Source: a virus (lineage: Duplodnaviria; Caudoviricetes). From it: 58,538 nucleotides of DNA. The stretch is from IMG/VR virus record IMGVR_UViG_3300038463_000101, positions 1-58,538 of that record; one strand, given 5' to 3'. Every line of letters begins with the position of its first letter. Within the stretch, counting starts at the first letter, position 1. The notes under the pieces were generated by a model that saw nothing but the letters and a program-made list of their open reading frames with translations, was not told the origin of the DNA and searched no databases. Below, one piece after another: positions 37,366-46,615 of the stretch. The position numbers and the translations under genes were made by a program.

Positions 37366-38745
37366 GTGTCCTACAACTACGCCAACCTTTCCGACACGCT
37401 TTCGACGCTTTCCGCGCGGCTGTACGATGACGGGGTGGCGGGCCAGCCGGCCTTCCAGCAGTGGAATCGAACGGAGCTCACCGGCTACGTGCAAGAAAGC
37501 CTGCGGACATGGAATGCGCTTTCCGGTTTCTGGCGCACCGCTTTCAATTTCAACCTCACGCAATTCCAGACTTTCTACGACCTTCACTCGCAAAACGGGA
37601 GCCCTTGGCCGTACACGGTCACGCAAGAGCAACTGATAGCGCAAATCGAGAACCACCTGCTCGAACCGCCTACCACGTCGTACCCGTTGACATGGGCCGG
37701 AAGTAACCAGTTTGCGCTCCAGGACATCCTTTCAGCCCTGCAACGGCGGCAGGATGAAACTCTGGGGACGACGGCTTTCAGCTTGAACACGAGCAATACG
37801 ACCGCGCCGCTCAACACCGGGCCTGTTGCGCTCAACAGCAACGTGATCGACATTCGCCGCGTGGCGTGGCTTCCCGGAAACAACAACTACGCCGTCAAGA
37901 TTCTCCGGCAGGCCGACCTGTTCGCCCAACGCGCTTTCAATCCCGGCTACGTGAGCGCGAACAGCCAGCCGCCGCGCACCTGGTTTCAGAGCACGGACCC
38001 GCCGATAAGCTTTTCGGTGGATTTCACCCCGCCGGTGGCAGGGAATTACAACCTGTTGACCGTAAATGCTGGCAATAACTGGACAGCCAACAATGCCTCG
38101 AATCTGCAAATTCCCGACGATTGGGCATGGGTGCTGAAGTGGGGGGCGCTGTACGACCTCCTGAGTCGGGAAAGTAGCGCCAAAGACGCCCTACGCGCGG
38201 AGTATTGCCTTCGCCGCTACAAAGAGGGGTTAGCCATGCTAACCGTGGCCCCGACCGTCCTGGCGCTGTTTCTGAATGGTTCCCCGATGGCCGTAGACCC
38301 GCTGGCGGCCGGTGACGCCTTCAACCCGTCATGGCAGCAAGCGGGTAACCTGGCTCCCACCGCGGCGTACCTCGCGGCTAACGTGCTGGCGTTTGGCGTG
38401 CGCCGGGGCCAAAATGCGGCATGGTCCGGGAACTATACGGCCACAGTGAACATGGTGCAGAACGCGCCGGTTCCCGCAAACAACAACGATTACATCCAAG
38501 TGGCCAAGGACGATTACGACACGGTGATAGACTACGCGCAACATTTGGCGATGTTCAAACTCGGCGGCGCAGAGTTCGGAGCCACGGTGAGCTTGTACCA
38601 AAAGTTCCAGCGCAAGGCCGCGCAGTATAACGGCAAGCTGGCCGAGATGGGCTTCTTCGAGTGGGACATGCAGGATTTAGGGACGAACGAGGAGGCGGTA
38701 AATGCGAGGTATGCGCCGGGAAGCGGTCCCGCAGCGAAGGATTAG
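37366..38745 (+). CDS. putative adaptor/tail structural protein
   Basis: LSARLYD...WN..EL..YVQE.LRTW, IPDDWAWVLKWGAL adaptor-like repeats; leaderless GTG. Confidence 0.6.
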   Translation: MSYNYANLSDTLSTLSARLYDDGVAGQPAFQQWNRTELTGYVQESLRTWNALSGFWRTAFNFNLTQFQTFYDLHSQNGSPWPYTVTQEQLIAQIENHLLEPPTTSYPLTWAGSNQFALQDILSALQRRQDETLGTTAFSLNTSNTTAPLNTGPVALNSNVIDIRRVAWLPGNNNYAVKILRQADLFAQRAFNPGYVSANSQPPRTWFQSTDPPISFSVDFTPPVAGNYNLLTVNAGNNWTANNASNLQIPDDWAWVLKWGALYDLLSRESSAKDALRAEYCLRRYKEGLAMLTVAPTVLALFLNGSPMAVDPLAAGDAFNPSWQQAGNLAPTAAYLAANVLAFGVRRGQNAAWSGNYTATVNMVQNAPVPANNNDYIQVAKDDYDTVIDYAQHLAMFKLGGAEFGATVSLYQKFQRKAAQYNGKLAEMGFFEWDMQDLGTNEEAVNARYAPGSGPAAKD

Positions 38746-39209
38746 GACGCAGCGTCCATCCGGCAATAAGGAACTGGGGCGTTCGTATAGCCTACCCGCC
38801 CAGGGTGAACCGGCATACCAAGCTTGGTGACACCTATACAAGCGACATGGTTAACATTTCGGAGCACTTCGAGCACTTCCTGGCCGCGTCGATAAATTCC
38901 TCCATGATTTCCCCATGCCGCGCAAATCATACTAGCTCTTCGTGCGGTAGTTAAGATGGAAGCGTCATTGTCTGGGCCTATCGCCGATGCTGGCGAAACC
39001 CGGAGTAATTCGGTTGGATCGGTCGCACGCATTGCGAACAAGTTGGTGACTTCCATCGAGGAGAAGCTCCACCGCTTAGAAAAGCCGATGCACTTGCGAA
39101 TTGTTGGGTCATCGAAGAAATCGTCTGCCGTACTTGGATTCAGCATGATCCAGTTAACCATGCCGCCAGCGCCTAGCCACTCACGCTTTAATGTGTAGCG
39201 ATAAACCAT
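38742..39209 (-). CDS. DUF1643 protein
   Basis: YRYTL.R.W, WIMLNPSTAD...DDPTIRKC, VTNLFA.RATDP, AAWG, TK.G.P.HP. Confidence 0.9.
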   Translation of the reverse strand: MVYRYTLKREWLGAGGMVNWIMLNPSTADDFFDDPTIRKCIGFSKRWSFSSMEVTNLFAMRATDPTELLRVSPASAIGPDNDASILTTARRASMICAAWGNHGGIYRRGQEVLEVLRNVNHVACIGVTKLGMPVHPGRVGYTNAPVPYCRMDAAS

Positions 39210-39221
39210 AAAATAAACTCA

Positions 39222-39494
39222 ATGCACCGCCTCGAAGACCTGCCCGACTGGGCGCTCACCCCCGCGCAACTCAACCAGCGCTACAAACGGATGCCGGTGC
39301 ATGACCCGTTTGGCACGCATCCCGGCGAGGCGGAAATCCTTACCGAGATACTAACCCTTCACCGCCAGCAAGTCCCCGCATGGATGATCGCGCATCGGCT
39401 GAACGAGCGCAAGGTGCGGGCGCGGGGTAAGCGGTGGTATGAGACGAGCGTGAGACGCATCATTGAACGCGTCGATACTCCCCCCTGCCAGTAA
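39222..39494 (+). CDS. stand-alone Recombinase DNA-binding domain protein
   Basis: PGEAEIL...IAHRLNERKVRARGKRWYETSVRRII aligns to the C-terminus of the 4710-5396 recombinase. Confidence 0.65.
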   Translation: MHRLEDLPDWALTPAQLNQRYKRMPVHDPFGTHPGEAEILTEILTLHRQQVPAWMIAHRLNERKVRARGKRWYETSVRRIIERVDTPPCQ

Positions 39495-39692
39495 ACTCGA
39501 TAAATCCCATATCGCGCAAGTGCTGCAATGTGCGGCGCAGGCCGGCGGCGATCTGGCCAGCCCGTTCTCCGTGCCACCCAACGGGCAGGGGTCCAGCGTG
39601 AAGCTAAACTCAGCGTTAAGTTGGTCGTAGAGTGCCGTGGGCGTCGGCCACTCGACGGACTGGCGGGAAAAGACTACGCGATCAATGGGCAT
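39351..39692 (-). pseudogene. N-terminal fragment of phage DNA N6-adenine methyltransferase
   Basis: FS..S.EWPTP..LY..LNAEF.FTLDPC...NGL then loses similarity; no NPPY motif. Confidence 0.65.
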
Positions 39693-39975
39693 TCGACCGC
39701 TTCTCCATCTCGGCCCATACTTGTCTGCCCTTGTCGCTCAGTACTGAACTGCCGATGTTGGAGCCGTGATCAATTAGCTGAAGCGAATCAAACCAATGCG
39801 CCATCAGTTCGTGATAGCTATCCGCGAATATCTCCGCATGAGCACAACGCTTGGCAATGGCCGAAAACAATGTTGCTGTTTCGACGCCGATAACGTCGGC
39901 ATTGCCGCAACCACAACCGCCAAGAACGTCAAACCAAAGATAGTAGGCCGCGCTGCACTCTTCCATTACGTCCAC
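39682..39975 (-). CDS. hypothetical protein
   Basis: GCGCG...LIDHGSNIG motif; coupled to neighbours. Confidence 0.6.
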   Translation of the reverse strand: MDVMEECSAAYYLWFDVLGGCGCGNADVIGVETATLFSAIAKRCAHAEIFADSYHELMAHWFDSLQLIDHGSNIGSSVLSDKGRQVWAEMEKRSNAH

Positions 39976-40928
39976 CCCAACTGCCGAAACTGCTCATCCT
40001 GCAACTCCACAATCTCCTGCGCATCGCGCCACGGCCACTCGCCATAAGTGAGCTTGCATTCGGCGTAAAGCTCGATCAGGCGGCGCACTTCGAGTTCGGT
40101 TTGCTTGTAGTAGAGCGAGTCGCCAAACTGGAAGCGGCGCAGGCGAACCTCGTGCGGTGGCTCGGATTCAACGAAGGCGAAGAGGAAGGGCTTTTTAACG
40201 GCAGTCCCGCCGCCTTGCAATGTTAGCCTGTTCAGCAGTTCGCCCTCGGTGTAAAAAAAGCCTTGCCGCAAGTAGCCTTCCCACCAGATCGCATCGGCCA
40301 CGGATTCATCAATGGACTTCCGGGCCTTTTGCTGGAATGTCTTTAGGTCGAGGATGAAGTCTGGGGCAAGCCAGTCCAATCGACACTTACAGGGTTGGCC
40401 GGTATCGCAGTCATCCCAAAACAACTCAACCTCCGGCTGTCCAGTCTCAAGCACGGACTGAAGCCGTGGCTCACTCTTCAGCGCTTCCGTACACCCAGCG
40501 ATGCGGTCGAAGTCCGCGCAGGAAATCATCGTTTTGCCGACGTTGCGGGAGTAGTGCTGCGTCTCTAGCACTTCCCAGATGGGCCAGTTGGGGTCGCAAG
40601 CCTGCACTTGCGCGATAACCTCCTCTTTCTTGGTCCCTTTCGGCTTGTAGCCCTTGTCGGTCAGCCACTCGCGCATGTCGCCGATGGTCACCAGCAAATC
40701 GGGGATCTTGTCTTTATCCAACTCGCAAGCATACTGGTCATCCCACACATCGGGCGGTTGCAGCACCGCGCAGTGCAGCGCTTGCCCAAATGCCTGCTCT
40801 TTCGTTGGCTCGATCTTGGGCCGGTTAGGGTTCACATGCAGATACCAGAAGCGGTATGGCGAGACAGCCAGATCCTTCATGGAAGAGAAGGATAAGGCGG
40901 GGATGGCGCGGTATTCGGATTCGGTCAT
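39966..40928 (-). CDS. RecE/ExoVIII-like PD-(D/E)XK exonuclease (DUF3799-like)
   Basis: Y.AIPALSFS..K.L..SP, FG.ALH..VL.P, E...W...CKCRLD...DLKT, Y..Q..FY, F.FVE..PP. Confidence 0.85.
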   Translation of the reverse strand: MTESEYRAIPALSFSSMKDLAVSPYRFWYLHVNPNRPKIEPTKEQAFGQALHCAVLQPPDVWDDQYACELDKDKIPDLLVTIGDMREWLTDKGYKPKGTKKEEVIAQVQACDPNWPIWEVLETQHYSRNVGKTMISCADFDRIAGCTEALKSEPRLQSVLETGQPEVELFWDDCDTGQPCKCRLDWLAPDFILDLKTFQQKARKSIDESVADAIWWEGYLRQGFFYTEGELLNRLTLQGGGTAVKKPFLFAFVESEPPHEVRLRRFQFGDSLYYKQTELEVRRLIELYAECKLTYGEWPWRDAQEIVELQDEQFRQLGWT

Positions 40929-41191
40929 TGCTTCACCGCCGTCCGCTCCACATACGTTCCCAAGTTCCGCGCGATGAACTCCTGCATGGCCGCCAGCATG
41001 TCGGGCCGTTCTGCGTTTGAAATGTAGTTCATTCGGCTTTTGATAGCCGGGTCGAACGGAAAGACCAAGAGCGCAAAACCCCAGTCTTTTTGACTGACCG
41101 CCTTCTCGTTGATCACTTCGTCAATTACTCGCGCCAGCGCTTGCATCTGCGCCACAACTTCGGGCTGAATGCCCTCTTGAATCTCCATCAC
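40925..41191 (-). CDS. conserved phage hypothetical protein
   Basis: GFALLVFPF...NYISNAER.DM..AMQEFI. Confidence 0.65.
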   Translation of the reverse strand: MMEIQEGIQPEVVAQMQALARVIDEVINEKAVSQKDWGFALLVFPFDPAIKSRMNYISNAERPDMLAAMQEFIARNLGTYVERTAVKQ

Positions 41192-42159
41192 GCCATCCTC
41201 CTCGAATACAACCCACTCAATTCAATGTTCGTCACGCCCGATGGACAATAGCAAAGATCCTGCCACGGACACGGCGGAATGTCGCACTGGGGCCGCTCCA
41301 TAATCTCGTCTTCCCAGTCGCCCTCTAGTCTTCCTGTGATCGGAGACACTACTTCTGACATCCGCTGCATCCTGGCGGCCAACCGCGTTGCGTCGTAATG
41401 AAAGCGCTCAACATGCTCTTTCCCTAACTCCTTCACGTCCACCGTCCTCACCCCCACCACGTTATCCGCCTCCATCATGTCTACCCAATCCGAAGCGTTG
41501 TTCTTATCGCTGTCCTGATACCACTTCGGCTTCCATGCGCCTTCCAGCTTCGTGCCGTCCGTCTGTTGGAAGCGGTGATGCCCATGTATCGCCGGATGCG
41601 CGTAAATCCTGGCCCACGGCGTATGCTGATGGCCGCCGGCCATGCGGCCTATCTCAATCACATGCAGTGTCATGCCAACCTGATTCGCCGCGCAGTCGCC
41701 GAAGACTTCCCACGAATGAAGCTTCTGCGCCATCGTGTCGCGGTCCCACCGCTCGACGGCGAACCATGCGTGCAGGAGGCCGGATTCATCAACGAAGGCT
41801 GAGGTTTGCCAACCGTGGTCGCCAATCGTGACGGGTAGCGGCAGTTCGTAACTCAATAGTCCCGCTCGGCTGATAGCCTCTAAGCTTGTGCAAAAGATCG
41901 AACAGTAGTCCCTTGCGATGGTGTATGGGTCCGTTAAAATGTCGAGGCCCGGTCGCGCGGCCTGCTCCAAGAACAGCGTGCAGGCTTCCTGCGCGGCTTG
42001 GTTGGGAGCCTCGCCGTTGCTCATGCGGTATACAGCCTCCCGCCAAAGCTTCTCGAACAACTGCCGTGGCCGCCATCTATCCACCTTCCAGTCGCGCTCA
42101 AGGGCATAACGCCGCTTGCAGCGCTGGAAGGTGGTCAGGAGTTGGTGGTTGAGGAGCAA
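41188..42159 (-). CDS. Cas4/AddB-like nuclease-fold protein with Cys staple
   Basis: TFQRCKRRY N-terminal Cys and C-terminal C...PCPWQDLC. Confidence 0.55.
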   Translation of the reverse strand: MLLNHQLLTTFQRCKRRYALERDWKVDRWRPRQLFEKLWREAVYRMSNGEAPNQAAQEACTLFLEQAARPGLDILTDPYTIARDYCSIFCTSLEAISRAGLLSYELPLPVTIGDHGWQTSAFVDESGLLHAWFAVERWDRDTMAQKLHSWEVFGDCAANQVGMTLHVIEIGRMAGGHQHTPWARIYAHPAIHGHHRFQQTDGTKLEGAWKPKWYQDSDKNNASDWVDMMEADNVVGVRTVDVKELGKEHVERFHYDATRLAARMQRMSEVVSPITGRLEGDWEDEIMERPQCDIPPCPWQDLCYCPSGVTNIELSGLYSRRMA

Positions 42160-42161
42160 GG

Positions 42162-42308
42162 TTAGCTCTGCGCTGGCGGCTCGGTCGGCAACGTCTGCGT
42201 TGAAAGATACGCCACTTCAATGCCCAACTTCTTCAGCGCATTCGCAATCTTAATCAACAGGTCAGTGGAAAACTCCGGCACGCGGAGCTTGATTGTGATC
42301 TCGGTCAT
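42162..42308 (-). CDS. small hypothetical protein (48 aa)
   Basis: Leaderless ATG 6 nt after TATCAT -10. Confidence 0.55.
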   Translation of the reverse strand: MTEITIKLRVPEFSTDLLIKIANALKKLGIEVAYLSTQTLPTEPPAQS

Positions 42309-42314
42309 GCAGCC

Positions 42315-42343
42315 ATGATATCCTAGTCGCTACCAGGATGCAA
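42315..42343 (-). promoter_or_regulatory. sigma70 promoter with CTGGTAGCGACTAGG spacer
   Basis: TTGCAT-CCTGGTAGCGACTAGGA(17)-TATCAT. Confidence 0.8.
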
Positions 42344-42349
42344 CTGTTT

Positions 42350-43990
42350 TTATCGGGTATTCAGCGCCATGATGCCGTCGATGGCGTTCGGGTCGTTCGT
42401 CACATCGGAAGTGTGGCCGCGCACTTTCCGTGCTTGCTGAAGTTCCTGAATGGCCTGCTTGAGTTGCGCGTCGGTTAAGTTTGGTAACTCTTCCCGCAAC
42501 CGTTTGACGGTGATCGGGTAGTCGGGCATCTCTTTTTCGAGACGGGTTACCGTGTCGAGAACGCGCTGGGCGGGCTTACTGGTGGGCGGGCTCGCGGGCT
42601 TGGCTTGCTGGGGCTGGGAAGGCTGCGGGGCCATCTCCGGTTCTGGCTTCACCTTGCCGGTTTCAAGGCCGCGCAGTTCAAACAAGATGCGGTTGAAAGT
42701 CTCTTCGCTATTCTTCCCCAGCGCTTTCGTGCGCTCCTCTGGGCTGAGAGACTTCAGTTGCTCAACAGTCACGCCTTGCTTGTGAAGGTCGTTTGCTGAA
42801 CGGATAGCTTTCTTTACTTGCGCGTGGACCTTGTAGTATTCGTCGGTCGGACGCGGAGCACGGCCACCAGCGGCTGGTGCTTCGGTTGGTGCTTCGGTCT
42901 TAGCGCTGGCAGCTTCCTCCGTTACCGGACCTTGCCGGAACTTCACCGCCGGGGCCGGGTAGACCTTCCGTGGCGCTTCTGGCTCCGGTTCCTTGAACTT
43001 CACCGGGGGCGCGGGCTTGGGCTCCGTCTTCGGTTCGGACCTGAACTTCACCGGGGGCGCGGGCTTGGGTGCGGGCGGCTCATGGCTCTTGAACGTTACG
43101 GGCGGCGGCGGTACCGGCTTACCCGGCTTCGGATCGCCCTCCCCCGCCGTGTGCCAGTTCTTTATCGGTGGCGGCTTGACGGGCTTGCGGGGCGGTGCAT
43201 CCTCCACGCCGTTCGCTTTCTTCAGCGCTTTGATGAGTCCTTCCTTGGCCGACTTGTAGATTTCCGGCGCGGCTCCAACGATGCCGCCGATGGTAGCGCC
43301 GGTTTCCGAGTGGCCGGCGATGGCACCGATATGCTTACCAACTTCAACGCCGACTAAGCCGCCGCCGTAAGTGCGGAGCTTGCCCATCGCCTTGGCGGCG
43401 CCGGATACTGCGCCACCAGTAGCTTTAGCCGCCGTCCGTACCGCCGGGGCTTTCGCAATCTTAACCGCCCTCGCCGCATCCGTACCGACCAACTCCAACA
43501 GGTGAGCGCTGGCTTGGCCGTACTGCTCGTTCTGAATTTCCCGCGAGATTTGATTTGCCATCGGGCCAAAGACAGGGATTAGGCTTTCGACAGCCTTGAT
43601 GGTTCCCTGCCCAACGTTGCCTTCCTTTAGATCGGAATATGCTTGCTTGGCGGTGTCGATGTGGGACTGAAGGATTCCACCAGCGGTATTCTTAGCAAAC
43701 GTGCCGACCGGACCAAGCGCGTAATCGGCAATACCCTTTGGTGCGGCGGCTTCGCCCATTCCCTTGATGTCGCTGCCGAGTGTCGAGAAAAAGCCCTTAT
43801 CTGGCGGGTTCTGGTTTGCGCCGGTTCCCTGGCCGAGAAACTTTAGGTGAGCCTTGGCGACAACAAGCCCCTGCTCCTTGGGCGGTAACCCGGCAAAGTT
43901 AGGGTCGAGAGTTCGCATTACCTTCAACTGCTCACCGGAAGGGAGAGCGTGAAAGTTAGGATCGACCAAAACTTCTTGCGGCGTGGGCAT
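42350..43990 (-). CDS. putative DNA ejection/internal virion protein
   Basis: DPNF.ALP N-terminal repeats, Gly/Ala-rich helices, KPAPPVKF repeats; last gene of ejection cluster. Confidence 0.55.
   Translation of the reverse strand: MPTPQEVLVDPNFHALPSGEQLKVMRTLDPNFAGLPPKEQGLVVAKAHLKFLGQGTGANQNPPDKGFFSTLGSDIKGMGEAAAPKGIADYALGPVGTFAKNTAGGILQSHIDTAKQAYSDLKEGNVGQGTIKAVESLIPVFGPMANQISREIQNEQYGQASAHLLELVGTDAARAVKIAKAPAVRTAAKATGGAVSGAAKAMGKLRTYGGGLVGVEVGKHIGAIAGHSETGATIGGIVGAAPEIYKSAKEGLIKALKKANGVEDAPPRKPVKPPPIKNWHTAGEGDPKPGKPVPPPPVTFKSHEPPAPKPAPPVKFRSEPKTEPKPAPPVKFKEPEPEAPRKVYPAPAVKFRQGPVTEEAASAKTEAPTEAPAAGGRAPRPTDEYYKVHAQVKKAIRSANDLHKQGVTVEQLKSLSPEERTKALGKNSEETFNRILFELRGLETGKVKPEPEMAPQPSQPQQAKPASPPTSKPAQRVLDTVTRLEKEMPDYPITVKRLREELPNLTDAQLKQAIQELQQARKVRGHTSDVTNDPNAIDGIMALNTR
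42994..43069. repeat. 28-bp direct repeat encoding KPAPPVKF
   Basis: TGAACTTCACCGGGGGCGCGGGCTTGGG at 42994 and 43042. Confidence 0.8.
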
Positions 43991-45783
43991 TATTGTGAAA
44001 TCGACTTCAGGTAATCTTCGGCGGTCTTCGGAACACTCCCCGGCGCTTTCTTCGGTGTGCTCGTGGCACCACCCCTACTTGCCTCCCCAATCGACCCGGA
44101 GCCCAACTTGCTCCGCAACCCCGCAATTTGGTTCTGGAACGCCTTCTGCTCCGTATCGGCCTCAATCTTCAACTGATCGACGGCGGCTATCACGTCCTTG
44201 ATCGTGGCGTCTTTGCGTAGAACTTGCTCACCCTTCTCTGTGGCGGATACAGGAAGCATCGCGCGTGATTGCACGCCACCGGCCACCAAGCGGCCATATT
44301 CGCGCTGTACGGCGTTCAGTGCGATGATGTAGCGTTGCAGTTCCGGGTGTGAACTGGCATTCTGTTGTAGCCATTGCACGGTGCGGTTGGCTAGCGGAAT
44401 CCCGCCGGGTCCGTAATCCTGCGCGGCTTTTAACAGCACATCGCTATGCGCCTTCAACGTTTCCTGCACACGCCCGAACGCGCCGGAGACTTCCACGGCT
44501 TGCGCGAGAGCTTTCCCTGTGGCTTTGTCTTCGACCAGCGCGGCGTTGAGTGCCATCGGGTCGAGGCCAGTGATGCGGGCGAGGGCACGCATACCCGCGA
44601 TCTTTCGGGCGCTGCCCTTAGTCGGAACCTTCATGGTGCCTAAAAGATCGCCAAGATACGTGTCGATATTGTCCTGGTCGGTCGGAGTCAGACCAGACGG
44701 CGTATTCTTTGTGTCGAGCTTTGACGTTGGGGCGGGCTTTGGGCCACCACCGCCACCCGTAGACGCAGAGGGAGCGGAGCCGCCACCACCGATACCAGAA
44801 ATAGCTTGGTCGATGGCGATGTTCTGCTCTTGACGTTCAAGCCTCACGTTGAACTCGCGGTCCACCTTGCTTGCCGCTTCAGCGCGTGCCTGCTCTGCCG
44901 TCATGCCCTTGCCAAGAGCCGCACGATAGTAGTTCCCGAACGAACCATAGGAGTCCTGCCGCATCTGCGCGGTGACTTCGGACGGGTTGTATTGCTCCGT
45001 TCCTTCCGGCACTGGTTGGCCAGTATTGGCGTTGAAAACCTTGCCTGGGTCTTGCGGGTCGATGCGAACGGCGATGGTTTTACCGTCTGGGGTCTTGGCC
45101 CATCCAGCTTGCAGGTTATGCTTCTTGACGCCCTCCTGCTTGTCCACTTCCGTTTTGGCCAGCCGCTTCTCTGCTTCCTCATGGCTCACGTTGTACGTTT
45201 CCATATAGGACTGGATTAGGCTCTCTCGCCTCTGCGCCACGCTGGCGACCTTCGCCCGCTCCTGCCCAATCTTCAGGTCGGACTCGTACTTGAGCATCGA
45301 ACGCTTGCGTGCGTCTTCTCGCGCCTCCGCATCGCTGCCATACCCCTGCATCATCCCGGCAAAATCCGGCCCTTGCTTGAAGCGCTGGCTCGCGGCCTGT
45401 GGCTGCGGCTGTTGCTGCGGCGCTGGCACCTGCGTACCGGGGGGAACCTGGCCGGAAGTGGCGGCTTGCGTCTGTGGGGCCGGGGCCGGCTGCTGGCCCT
45501 GCGGCTGCTGCTTGCCTTGCTGTCCGCGTATCTTCTGGAAAATTTGGCTCAGTTGCGGAGCAATCTTCGCCAACCCCTTTTTGCTTTCAGGGTTGTAAAG
45601 CTTTTGCAACTGCTCCATCGCCATCTGGTGACCGGCATCGGACACCTGGGGGTTCAGCAAAATAGAGTACAGCGCGTCTCGCTGTTCTTTCTTGCGGCCC
45701 TCTTCCTCTTGGTGCTTCTCTTCGAGCTTCTTACCAAGCGTGTTTTGGATGCCTTGCGCGAATGCGCCGATTGCGCTGCCCAT
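43990..45783 (-). CDS. putative DNA ejection protein
   Basis: MGSAIGAFAQG start, Gln-rich, helical. Confidence 0.6.
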   Translation of the reverse strand: MGSAIGAFAQGIQNTLGKKLEEKHQEEEGRKKEQRDALYSILLNPQVSDAGHQMAMEQLQKLYNPESKKGLAKIAPQLSQIFQKIRGQQGKQQPQGQQPAPAPQTQAATSGQVPPGTQVPAPQQQPQPQAASQRFKQGPDFAGMMQGYGSDAEAREDARKRSMLKYESDLKIGQERAKVASVAQRRESLIQSYMETYNVSHEEAEKRLAKTEVDKQEGVKKHNLQAGWAKTPDGKTIAVRIDPQDPGKVFNANTGQPVPEGTEQYNPSEVTAQMRQDSYGSFGNYYRAALGKGMTAEQARAEAASKVDREFNVRLERQEQNIAIDQAISGIGGGGSAPSASTGGGGGPKPAPTSKLDTKNTPSGLTPTDQDNIDTYLGDLLGTMKVPTKGSARKIAGMRALARITGLDPMALNAALVEDKATGKALAQAVEVSGAFGRVQETLKAHSDVLLKAAQDYGPGGIPLANRTVQWLQQNASSHPELQRYIIALNAVQREYGRLVAGGVQSRAMLPVSATEKGEQVLRKDATIKDVIAAVDQLKIEADTEQKAFQNQIAGLRSKLGSGSIGEASRGGATSTPKKAPGSVPKTAEDYLKSISQ

Positions 45784-45927
45784 TTAGCGCCACCTCATTC
45801 TACGCAAAATGCGCTTCCCGCGTCCGCAACTAATCATGTAGTGGCCCCATCGCCCTTGGTTACAACCCGGCACCATATACTTGCCGTCCAGGTAATTCCA
45901 GTCTATCCAGCCGATTGCGCTGCCCAT
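45784..45927 (-). CDS. 47-aa ORF sharing first 18 nt with the downstream ejection gene
   Basis: ATGGGCAGCGCAATCGGC duplicated; leaderless after TAAACT. Confidence 0.45.
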   Translation of the reverse strand: MGSAIGWIDWNYLDGKYMVPGCNQGRWGHYMISCGRGKRILRRMRWR

Positions 45928-45933
45928 GCGTTT

Positions 45934-45972
45934 AGTTTACCCTTGCGTTCTGGTAGCGACTAGGGTTATAGT
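45934..45972. promoter_or_regulatory. bidirectional promoter with CTGGTAGCGACTAGG core
   Basis: + TTGCGT-18-TATAGT; - TAAACT 6 nt before ATG 45927. Confidence 0.75.
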
Positions 45973-45979
45973 GAATGTT

Positions 45980-46178
45980 ATGGAAAATGAATACTCAGTT
46001 TTGGTTGGAAAAACGATTGTGGGGGCTGAAACGGTAGGAGAAGAACCCGCTACAGAAACCAGTAGCGCAACGGAAGGGCAATCTTAAATTATCTTTTTCG
46101 GACGGAACATTTGTCTTAATGTACGCATCTTGCCACGGCACGGTCGAGGTGGGATTACTGAATGACCAAACGATATAA
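45980..46178 (+). pseudogene. small gene apparently frameshifted
   Basis: MENEYSVLVGKTIVGAE... stops at 46087; +1 frame continues GNLKLSFSDGTFVLMY to 46178. Confidence 0.4.
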
Positions 46179-46306
46179 TGTAAATGGTCAGGCGGCAACT
46201 TCGGTTGCTGGTGCGCGAGTCACGGAAAACCGATTGTAGGATCTTTTGCGTTTCGCTAGAGCCGTCAATCGGCTACCGCCGCATTTATTAGCTAACGCCT
46301 GACCAG

Positions 46307-46597
46307 TTACTTCCCGCGCATCTTGCTGTAGCGCTTGTTCTGCTTCTTTGTCAGTACCCGCTCGCCCTTATGCACCTTGGCCATGCCGGTCTTCTTCACC
46401 ATGCCGCCTTTTTTGAAGGAGCCGGCATCGCCAGCATCGCCTACATCGGAAGCGGGGGAGCCGCCAGAGGTGGTGTCGCTACCGCCGCTGCTGGAAGGCT
46501 TCCAATTCTTCAGCTTTTTGGCGGCTTTCTTGGCAGCATCACCACCACCACCACCACCACCCGTCAAGCCCGACATAAACCCGCCCAATGCGCCCAT
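46307..46597 (-). CDS. small internal virion protein
   Basis: MGALGGF...; GSFKKGGMVKKTGMAKVHKGERVL motif; RBS AAAGGAG. Confidence 0.65.
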   Translation of the reverse strand: MGALGGFMSGLTGGGGGGGDAAKKAAKKLKNWKPSSSGGSDTTSGGSPASDVGDAGDAGSFKKGGMVKKTGMAKVHKGERVLTKKQNKRYSKMRGK

Positions 46598-46615
46598 TTT
46601 TAAGAGGTCTCCTTT

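Noticed and set aside
46542-46561. (CCA)n microsatellite as a phase-variation tract
   Set aside because: In-frame triplet encoding a poly-Gly linker
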